Shown piece after piece: positions 26,805 to 34,347 of a stretch of DNA of 64,000 bases. Source of the stretch: Bdellovibrionales bacterium (lineage in GTDB: Bacteria; Bdellovibrionota; Bdellovibrionia; Bdellovibrionales; UBA1609); assembly GCA_041690295.1 (NCBI GenBank), contig JAWLHR010000005.1:32001-96000 (forward strand), read 5' to 3'. Within the stretch, counting starts at the first letter, position 1. Every line of letters starts with the position of its first letter. Position numbers and translations under genes: made by a program. The notes beneath the pieces are model-generated. The model ran no database searches. It was given only the letters and a program-made list of their open reading frames with translations, and was not told where the DNA came from.

Positions 26805-27206
26805 TTATTGGACCTCTTTTTTACAACTCTGAATGGATTTAATCTTTGCCCGGCGCTGTAACAGCTTGAGCCGTTGAATGGCGCGGTTTTCAGCGGAGAC
26901 AAGTTTAATGATCCAGTCGGCATCACCAATCGCCGAGGAAGCGCAGATGTAGTAGGCCAGTTTCCGAGCCTTGGTGCCGATATCGGTGGACACTTCGGTT
27001 TCCGTAGTGATGTGGGTATCAATAAAGGTGCTGAGCTCATTCAAGGCGCGCATTTGTTCACTCCAAACGCCGTAGCACGCGGACCCCTTGCAATACCAAT
27101 CGTAGGCACGCCTTGCATCCTTAATGAGATGGTTGAGCCCAATTTCTGAATAGGCGAACGTCTTAGCCGATGCGAATAGCATTGAAAGCGCAAGCAGCAA
27201 CTTCAT
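26805..27206 (-). CDS. small secreted hypothetical protein
   Basis: AGGAG RBS, signal peptide, four Cys. Confidence 0.7.
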   Translation of the reverse strand: MKLLLALSMLFASAKTFAYSEIGLNHLIKDARRAYDWYCKGSACYGVWSEQMRALNELSTFIDTHITTETEVSTDIGTKARKLAYYICASSAIGDADWIIKLVSAENRAIQRLKLLQRRAKIKSIQSCKKEVQ

Positions 27207-27329
27207 TGTTTACTCCTGTGTTTGAATTTCGGATTCCGCAGCTATGCCGGTTTCAAGGACGTGAGTCAAGGCCCGCGCACGCCGATGGCCGTGATGTAGC
27301 AGAGAGGCTGGTAAGCGCCACTCTTTAAT

Positions 27330-27968
27330 TTAAAGCACCGGCTGAAATTGATCCGAGTCCGCGAGATATTCCAAAATCTGACCGGATTCGAGGTCGAAAT
27401 AGGTGCCGATAAGATTCATTCCACGATCGCGGATCGCGTCCCGCACAAAGGGAAAAGTGCGAAGATTTTCCAATGATATTTTGATCGACTCTTGTTCGCA
27501 ATGCGTGCATTGCGTTTCAAAATCCGCCCCTTCGAATTTCGCCAGCACGCGATCCCGGGCCGCGACGGCGATTCCCATCCAGCGATCGATAAAGCTTTCA
27601 GGTGTCGCTCCGTTTCTCGTGGTCATCAAAGCCCGAATGCCGCCGCACTGGCGGTGGCCGAGAACGATAATGTGTTCCACTTTCAAACTCATCACGGCGA
27701 ATTCAATCGCCGCGCTCACCCCGTGAAGTCCACCGCCGGTTTCAAAGGGCGGAACTAAATTGGCGACATTTCGCACGACAAAGAGCTCCCCCGGTCCCGC
27801 GTCAGAAATGATCGCCGGATCCACGCGCGAATCACTGCACGCGATGACGAGCGTTTTTGGCGACTGGCCCTGACTTAACCGTTTATATACTGAAGAGTCG
27901 GGATCAAAATATTTTTCCCGAAAACGTCGAAACCCGGCGACAAGTCGAATCAATTGTTTACGTGCCAT
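27330..27968 (-). CDS. beta-class carbonic anhydrase
   Basis: ACSDSRV, VRNVAN, GHRQCGG. Confidence 0.95.
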   Translation of the reverse strand: MARKQLIRLVAGFRRFREKYFDPDSSVYKRLSQGQSPKTLVIACSDSRVDPAIISDAGPGELFVVRNVANLVPPFETGGGLHGVSAAIEFAVMSLKVEHIIVLGHRQCGGIRALMTTRNGATPESFIDRWMGIAVAARDRVLAKFEGADFETQCTHCEQESIKISLENLRTFPFVRDAIRDRGMNLIGTYFDLESGQILEYLADSDQFQPVL

Positions 27969-28076
27969 GCAAGATTGACGGTTATCATTATTGTGACTTG
28001 AGGCGGGCGTCAACATGGAGTAGCTGTTGGCCTTGATTTGGATCGCTCGATGTGACGAGCCCTAAAGGAGGTCATT

Positions 28077-28586
28077 ATGTGGTGGCTACTCTTCTTCATT
28101 GGACCTGTATTCGCTCAGGCGCCCAAGGCCGCGCCGGTTGTGAATCTCACTTTAAAAGGTCCGAATAATGAGACCGTGGGAACCGCACAACTTACGGGTT
28201 TGGAAAAAGGCGTGAAAATCACGCTGGATATTGAGAAACTCCCGGCCGGTCCACATGCCATTCACTTTCATGAAAACGGCAAATGTGACGGACCGAAATT
28301 TACTTCGGCCGGCGGGCATTACAATCCGCAAACCATGAAACATGGATTTGACCATGCCGAGGGATTTCATGCCGGAGACATGCCGAACATCATGGTTCAA
28401 AAGAACGGGAAAGCGCGCCTGGAATTGGTGAACACCTCGGTGACCTTGGATGATGGGCCGAGGTCTTTGCGCAAGCCTGGTGGCACGACTTTGATCATTC
28501 ACGGCGGTGTCGACGATTACAAATCGCAACCGGCTGGCAATGCGGGTGACCGCATCGCCTGCGCGGTCATCCCGCCGAACGCTTAA
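28077..28586 (+). CDS. sodC: Cu/Zn superoxide dismutase
   Basis: HAIHFH, GGHYNP, KHG, HAGD, IIH...DD, GNAGDRIAC; all ligands present. Confidence 0.95.
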   Translation: MWWLLFFIGPVFAQAPKAAPVVNLTLKGPNNETVGTAQLTGLEKGVKITLDIEKLPAGPHAIHFHENGKCDGPKFTSAGGHYNPQTMKHGFDHAEGFHAGDMPNIMVQKNGKARLELVNTSVTLDDGPRSLRKPGGTTLIIHGGVDDYKSQPAGNAGDRIACAVIPPNA

Positions 28587-30406
28587 AGCGTTTTACTGAC
28601 GGAGTCGACGCGGGGTTTGCCCTTCGCCGCCTGGCGAATCCACGCGTCGATGTTCTTCTCGAGAACATCGAGCGGTAAGGCGCCGTTCAATAGCACCTGG
28701 TCATGGAATTCCCTGATATCAAACTGCTCGCCTAAAGCATTAGAGGCTTTCTCGCGCAACTCGGCGAATTTCAACTTACCGATCTTATAAGCAAGCGCCT
28801 GACCGGGCCATGTGATGTAGCGGTTGATTTCACTTTCTATCTCGTCTTCCGCCACGGGAGTGTGTTCACGAAAATAAGCCACGGCTTTTTCTTTGCTCCA
28901 CCCTTTTGCATGCATGCCGGTATCGACGACCAAGCGGATGGCCCTCACCATTTGCCAGCTCAAATGGCCATAGTAGGAATAGGGATCTTTGAAAAATCCC
29001 ATCTCTTTGCCAAGGGTTTCGGCGTATAAACCCCAACCCTCGACGTAGGCCGTGAAACCGGCATTGCGGCGAAATTCAGGAAGGTCTTTCATCTCCTTGG
29101 CGAGAGCGATCTGCAGGTGATGGCCGGGGACCGCCTCGTGCATCACCAGCGTTTCCATTTCCCATTTTGGCCGTTTAAACACATTGTATGTGTTCGCTTC
29201 AAAATAGCCGGCTCGGCCAGTTTCGAGGCTGCCGGATATATAGTGCGCCCCTGGAGCGGTTTTGGCGTAATCCTCGGGCATTTCTCTGATTCCGTAAGGC
29301 ATTCTCGGAAGCGTTTTGAACAATTTGGTGAGTTCAGGATCTATCCGTTTCGCGATGTCCCGGTAACCGGCGATGAGATCTTCCTTGTTTTTGAAAAAGA
29401 AACGTTTGTCGGTGCGGAGATATTTATTAAACGCCTTTAAATCTCCTTTGAATTTCACTTCCTTGCGGATGTTGTCCATTTCTTTGGTCAACCGCTCCAC
29501 TTCCCGTAAACCTATTTCATGGATTTCATCGGGCGTCAGGTTCGTCGTGGTTGAGCGCTTCACAAAGTGGGCGTACCAGGCTTTCCCATCGGGCAGATCA
29601 CTCCAGGCGATGTTTTCACGTCCGCGCGGAGCATACTCCTTGTCGAAGAACGATAGGAACTCTGTCAGCGAAGGATAAATTTTTTGGCTGATGATTTCCT
29701 TCGCGAGCTTTTTCATGCGCTCTTGATCTTCAGTGGAAATCGCTGGAGGCATCTCTTTGAAAGGAGTGAAGAACGGGCTGTCTTCAACATTCTTCGGCGT
29801 GAGGGCGGTGAGCTGCTGGCGGATGAAGGGCATGAACGCCTTAACCGGCATCACTTTATGTTTGACTCCCTCACGAAGGACTTCAACCGTGTCCTTGGGA
29901 ATTTTCGCGAACTTATCCAGACGACTCAGGATGTTTTCGTAAGCTTTGACGCTGGATCTTGGCATCATGTTCAGCAATTGGATGGCTTCGATATAGAATC
30001 CCTCCAAATGATTGATCGGCATTAAATCCTCTTTGAATCGCTTACTCTCGAGGTACAAAGTCGAGCGGCGCAAGGCCAGGTCATAGTTCAAGCGTTCCTT
30101 GGCAGGGAGTTTAGCGGCCTTGATTTTTTTAAGCGCGTTGACTTCGCACTGAAGCATTTTCTTTTCCCGAGCGATACGTTTTAAAGAGTGGTCGCTCCAG
30201 CGGTCATCCTGGCCGGGATATCCCACCCATGAAGCGTATTCCGGATACTCAGTCATTAAATATTTCCATTGCACGTCGAGAAAGGTCTTGAGTTTTTGTG
30301 ATTCACTGCCCCGGCTGACCGCCTTTTCAAATATTTGGCAATCTTTGGCGGACGCGGACGCCGAGACGACAAGGACGGTGAGCGCAATCAGGCTGATGAG
30401 TTTCAT
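28583..30406 (-). CDS. DUF885 family exported protein (metallopeptidase-like)
   Basis: HEAVPGHHLQ, EGWGLYAE, RLVVDTGMH, PGQALAYK. Confidence 0.92.
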   Translation of the reverse strand: MKLISLIALTVLVVSASASAKDCQIFEKAVSRGSESQKLKTFLDVQWKYLMTEYPEYASWVGYPGQDDRWSDHSLKRIAREKKMLQCEVNALKKIKAAKLPAKERLNYDLALRRSTLYLESKRFKEDLMPINHLEGFYIEAIQLLNMMPRSSVKAYENILSRLDKFAKIPKDTVEVLREGVKHKVMPVKAFMPFIRQQLTALTPKNVEDSPFFTPFKEMPPAISTEDQERMKKLAKEIISQKIYPSLTEFLSFFDKEYAPRGRENIAWSDLPDGKAWYAHFVKRSTTTNLTPDEIHEIGLREVERLTKEMDNIRKEVKFKGDLKAFNKYLRTDKRFFFKNKEDLIAGYRDIAKRIDPELTKLFKTLPRMPYGIREMPEDYAKTAPGAHYISGSLETGRAGYFEANTYNVFKRPKWEMETLVMHEAVPGHHLQIALAKEMKDLPEFRRNAGFTAYVEGWGLYAETLGKEMGFFKDPYSYYGHLSWQMVRAIRLVVDTGMHAKGWSKEKAVAYFREHTPVAEDEIESEINRYITWPGQALAYKIGKLKFAELREKASNALGEQFDIREFHDQVLLNGALPLDVLEKNIDAWIRQAAKGKPRVDSVSKTL

Positions 30407-30419
30407 GTTCGTACCTCTT

Positions 30420-31796
30420 TCAAAGATGTTCAAAAACGCGTTCTTTCAAAATATCTTCGCACCGCCCTTGTGAGAACTTGAACTCTGGCCGTTCCACGGA
30501 AACGACAGTGTGAAACAAATCGTTTCCGCGCCAGCCCATGGAGCGGACGGTGAAATGGAAATCGTAGCTGTCGAATTCCATAAGCACCACGTTGTGGGTG
30601 CCGGTCACGACACGGCGGCGGGGGTTGTCGGGCTTCAGATAGTAATGCCCGGGAAATCCAAAACTGTGGAGATTGCTTGAGGTGATTTCCACCGTCCTGT
30701 AACCGAAAAGTTCGGGTTCCAAATCCTGAACTTCGGAAAAATGCACATCGCCACTGATGAACGCCAAAGTGGCGTTTTTATCATCGGCGGCATGGCGCAA
30801 CTCCTCAACCCAGCGAAGAGTGAACTCCGGCCAGTTGGCTTCCAAAGAATCTTTTTGTATGGGTCCGCCGAAAAACTGTGACCCGCTGATCACGAAATTC
30901 GCGCCCGGTTGAAGCGAGTCGAGAAGAAACTGGTTTTGTTCAACTCCGAAAAGGGGGTTCAGCGGAGTGCCCCCACGAAAGCTGCGCCCGTCGAGCATGA
31001 TAAAATTTTTACCGAAGACCTTGAATCGCTTGGCGAGGCCTGGTCCATGCTCGAGAAATCCTTCGATCGCCTCATTGGCGAAGAAAACATCGAAAATCTC
31101 ACGCGATGTGGGAAGTATCGGCGTGAACATATCGGAGTTATCACCGCCGGAATCATGATCATCCCAAATGGAGATTGTGGGAACCAAATGCGACCAGAAA
31201 TAAAGCTCCACGGTGTTACGCGTGTTAACGAATTCGGTCCAAACATCGAGTCCGGTTTCAGGCGGGCGAGCCGGCCAGATTTGCGGGCGGTCGAGGTAAA
31301 CCGTGTCTCCGATCAACAAGAGCAAATCGGGCCGGTTTTCAGGCCGCGAGAGATTGCGCCATAAATAGGGGTTGTGCATGTGTCGGGCCATGCAGCTGCC
31401 CACGGCCACGCGCGCCTCAGCGCGAGTCGTGTCCAAAGCGCGAAAGTGCCGGCGGTCCATCAGCTCGTGATTGGAAGTCATCACATCGAGAACATAGGCA
31501 TCTTGCGTATTCAAACCGCTCACTTTGATCCGGTGCACGGCCCATTCGCTACCCGGAAAAGTAAATTTCTTTTGTTGGACCGGCAGATAGCTCGTGGGAA
31601 TCTGATCAAGCCGGGCGTAAAAAATCAGTTCCTCATCGGCCTTCGCCACGACCGTGAAATGAGTCACGTTTTCCGACGTGGAACCTTGCAGAATCGAATA
31701 AGGTCCTTCCGCCCAAGCCGCTGAGACAAAGAAAATCGCTATAAGTTGGAGAATTCGATACGTCACCGTTATCCCCCCGGTACGGTTACTTGTCAT
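30420..31796 (-). CDS. alkaline phosphatase D (PhoD) family
   Basis: GSC, IGDTVYLD, WDDHD, LDGRSFR, SGDVH. Confidence 0.88.
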   Translation of the reverse strand: MTSNRTGGITVTYRILQLIAIFFVSAAWAEGPYSILQGSTSENVTHFTVVAKADEELIFYARLDQIPTSYLPVQQKKFTFPGSEWAVHRIKVSGLNTQDAYVLDVMTSNHELMDRRHFRALDTTRAEARVAVGSCMARHMHNPYLWRNLSRPENRPDLLLLIGDTVYLDRPQIWPARPPETGLDVWTEFVNTRNTVELYFWSHLVPTISIWDDHDSGGDNSDMFTPILPTSREIFDVFFANEAIEGFLEHGPGLAKRFKVFGKNFIMLDGRSFRGGTPLNPLFGVEQNQFLLDSLQPGANFVISGSQFFGGPIQKDSLEANWPEFTLRWVEELRHAADDKNATLAFISGDVHFSEVQDLEPELFGYRTVEITSSNLHSFGFPGHYYLKPDNPRRRVVTGTHNVVLMEFDSYDFHFTVRSMGWRGNDLFHTVVSVERPEFKFSQGRCEDILKERVFEHL

Positions 31797-31917
31797 TTCG
31801 CATGAATTCGCCGCTTAGAACAGGAACTTTCGTTTATGAAAAGATTTCTGGTGGCACGGAGCGATTCGCTTCCTCAGGCCAGTGAAACCTTGATAGCCTC
31901 TCAAGGAGAGGTGACCC

Positions 31918-32628
31918 ATGGTGCTGCGTCGCGCTAGCGAGCGAGGCCGAGCCAAATTGGATTGGCTGGAGTCTTACCATACATTTTCATTTTCGGATTA
32001 TTACGATCCGGAATACATGGGTTACCGCGATCTGCGGGTCATCAATGAGGACCGCATCGCCCCGGGTAAAGGCTTTAGCACTCATCCGCACAGGGACATG
32101 GAAATTATCACCTATGTGGTGAGCGGTGAGTTGGAACACAGAGACACGCTTGGCAATCAGTCCATCATACGTTCGGGCGAAGTTCAGCGCATGAGCGCCG
32201 GTACCGGCGTGAAGCATTCCGAGTACAATCCCTCGACTGATCAGGAAACACATTTATTGCAAATTTGGATTTTACCGGAGCGCAAGGGGTTGACTCCGGG
32301 ATACGCGCAAAAGGATTTTTCAGAGCTGTTGCGCGAGAAAAAACTCGTGCTCGCGGTTTCGCGCGATGGGCGTGATGGCTCGCTGACCATGAATCAAGAT
32401 GTGGATGTTTACGTCGGCCGCTGGTCCGCCGCCGATGAGTGTGACTTCCAGATCCGGCCGGGGCGCGCCCTGTGGCTGCAAATCGTGAAAGGAGAGTTCA
32501 CGGTCGAAGATCATCTCGGCAAAGATCTCATTTTGAGAGACGGTGATGGTCTGGCTTTGGCCGATCAGGACCGGCTTCGATGGCGATCAAGCGGGCCCGC
32601 GGAGTTCATATTATTTGATCTGGCGTGA
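31918..32628 (+). CDS. pirin family protein
   Basis: HTFSF, LRVINED, HPHRDMEI, MSAGTGVKHSE, LQIWI. Confidence 0.95.
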   Translation: MVLRRASERGRAKLDWLESYHTFSFSDYYDPEYMGYRDLRVINEDRIAPGKGFSTHPHRDMEIITYVVSGELEHRDTLGNQSIIRSGEVQRMSAGTGVKHSEYNPSTDQETHLLQIWILPERKGLTPGYAQKDFSELLREKKLVLAVSRDGRDGSLTMNQDVDVYVGRWSAADECDFQIRPGRALWLQIVKGEFTVEDHLGKDLILRDGDGLALADQDRLRWRSSGPAEFILFDLA

Positions 32629-32641
32629 GTGTACGTTGCCG

Positions 32642-32656
32642 TTCTCATTTTGAGAC
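32642..32656. promoter_or_regulatory. 15-bp palindromic intergenic motif, copy 2
   Basis: TTCTCATTTTGAGAC. Confidence 0.55.
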
Positions 32657-32724
32657 AATTCCTTGGTCGGCGGATTAAAAAAATTTGAGTTTGCCCGCTC
32701 GGTTTTCTCCGATAAGCTGAGTGT

Positions 32725-33366
32725 ATGAAGCGATTGTACGTTGTTTGTTTGGCACTTCTAATTTCCTCTGAATCATTGTTGGCCCAAGATCCCGGCGAAA
32801 GCGATTCCTCACAAGTCGAGATTTGTCAGGATTTCATCTGCACCAAACTCCGCGAGGAGATTTTGGTGGAAGCGGCCAAATGCCGGCCGTTGGCCGCGTT
32901 CAAGCGGCGTCGTATGCGGGTGCGAAGATCCCGGGCGCGCAATTCCTGCAAGATTTTTAAAGACAACAATTTCAAACTCAGTAAAGGCAAGTGTTCAGCG
33001 GCCATCCGCGAAGCTTGCGAGCGCTCCGGTATCGATAGCCGTTATCTCAATGTGAACGCCTACGACCTCCACAAAAGAGGTTTAATGGAAAAGGCCGGCT
33101 TCGTGAACATGATCTGGAAGTATGACGAACACACCGCCCCGCTGGGTTCGATATTGATTTACGTGGGCGGCGTCGGCCATCGTTACGGTCACGTGGAAGT
33201 GCGGGTGAATCCCGACTTATATTGCAGCGATTACTGCAACACCCGCGCCGTGAACACCTCGAACGCGGCCACCCGCAACAAATATAAATTGGTTGGTGTT
33301 TACCTTCCGTTCACGTCGTCCATTACTTTAAGCTCCAGCATAGAGCCCGTGCCCGGACGTAATTAG
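32725..33366 (+). CDS. secreted CHAP/NlpC-P60-like Cys-His amidase (putative)
   Basis: Signal peptide; GKCSAAIREA, G.ILIY, YGHVEV, SDY. Confidence 0.6.
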   Translation: MKRLYVVCLALLISSESLLAQDPGESDSSQVEICQDFICTKLREEILVEAAKCRPLAAFKRRRMRVRRSRARNSCKIFKDNNFKLSKGKCSAAIREACERSGIDSRYLNVNAYDLHKRGLMEKAGFVNMIWKYDEHTAPLGSILIYVGGVGHRYGHVEVRVNPDLYCSDYCNTRAVNTSNAATRNKYKLVGVYLPFTSSITLSSSIEPVPGRN

Positions 33367-33447
33367 TCCGGGACCCGCGACAAATTCTATTGTTTTTTAT
33401 CGCTTCCGGTGGCTAAACGGAGTCGGTATCTTTGTGAAGGAGGCCTT

Positions 33448-33927
33448 ATGGAGCGCACCCGGATCGATATAGGCATTCCCGAAGCCCAACGCAAAGAGAT
33501 CGCCATGGGCCTTTCACGTTTGCTGGCGGACACCTATTCGCTCTATCTGAAGACCCATTACTTCCATTGGAATGTCTCAGGCCCGATGTTTCAAACTTTG
33601 CATGATTTATTCGAGGAGCAATATACGGAGCTTTTCGGTGCCGCCGACAAGATCGCCGAAAGAATTCGCGCTCTGGACGAAGTGGCGCCGGGCAGTTACA
33701 GCGAATTCACGCGGTTGACGAGTATCGCGGAAGCCAAAGGGGTTCCGCCCGCGAGGGAGATGGTCGCGCAGCTGCTGGAAGGCCATGAGGCGGTGATTCG
33801 AACCGCGAGGTCCATTCTTCCCGCTGTTCAAGGCGCCCAGGATGAGGCCACGCTGGATCTTTTAACGGATCGTTTGGATGTGCACGAGAAAACAGCATGG
33901 ATGTTACGTTCTCACTTACGCGAATAA
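33448..33927 (+). CDS. dps: Dps ferritin-like protein
   Basis: LYLKTHYFHWNVSG..F..LH..FEEQY, AERIRAL, HEKTAWML. Confidence 0.95.
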   Translation: MERTRIDIGIPEAQRKEIAMGLSRLLADTYSLYLKTHYFHWNVSGPMFQTLHDLFEEQYTELFGAADKIAERIRALDEVAPGSYSEFTRLTSIAEAKGVPPAREMVAQLLEGHEAVIRTARSILPAVQGAQDEATLDLLTDRLDVHEKTAWMLRSHLRE

Positions 33928-34199
33928 CAGAAGAGGTCGGTGCGCTGATCGAGGAAGGCGACTTCGAGGGCGCGGAGGAGTATTTGTCCGCGCGGTTGGC
34001 GTGCGAGCCTCGGTTTCAATGTTTCATTCATTATCAACTCGGACGGCTTTATCGCCGATGGAATAAGTTGAGTTCCGCCATTCAACACTTCAATCAGGCG
34101 ATCGAGGGAGCTCTCGCGGATCGGAATGAGATATTCGTGGCGCAGATTCTCGAAGAGCTTAATCTCGCGAAGAGCGAACAGCGTTCGCAAAAGCCTTGA
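33897..34199 (+). CDS. small TPR-like hypothetical protein
   Basis: HYQLGRLY...AIQHFNQAI TPR-like helix pair; overlaps the dps 3' end. Confidence 0.5.
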   Translation: MDVTFSLTRITEEVGALIEEGDFEGAEEYLSARLACEPRFQCFIHYQLGRLYRRWNKLSSAIQHFNQAIEGALADRNEIFVAQILEELNLAKSEQRSQKP

Positions 34200-34209
34200 A
34201 GTTCGGCGT

Positions 34210-34224
34210 GTCTCAGTACGAGAA
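34210..34224. promoter_or_regulatory. 15-bp palindromic intergenic motif, copy 3
   Basis: GTCTCAGTACGAGAA. Confidence 0.5.
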
Positions 34225-34347
34225 TATTTGAATAAAAGTTATACACTGTTTGAAAAGTCGACGGCTGGAAGCTTTATAGACAAATTCAACGTGCATTGAA
34301 CTTGCAAATTCTCGTGTAAGGATTCGCATGTATTCGGGGAGGGATGA

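Noticed and set aside
26092..27206. SleB-like hydrolase plus small secreted protein as an effector/immunity pair
   Set aside because: The genes are convergent with separate RBSs; no supporting motif.
31852..31870. TGGCACG upstream of pirin as a sigma54 promoter
   Set aside because: No GC at the -12 position.
33352..33372. Hairpin CCCGGAC-N7-GTCCGGG as a terminator
   Set aside because: Overlaps the stop codon and lacks an adjacent U-tract; too weak to call.
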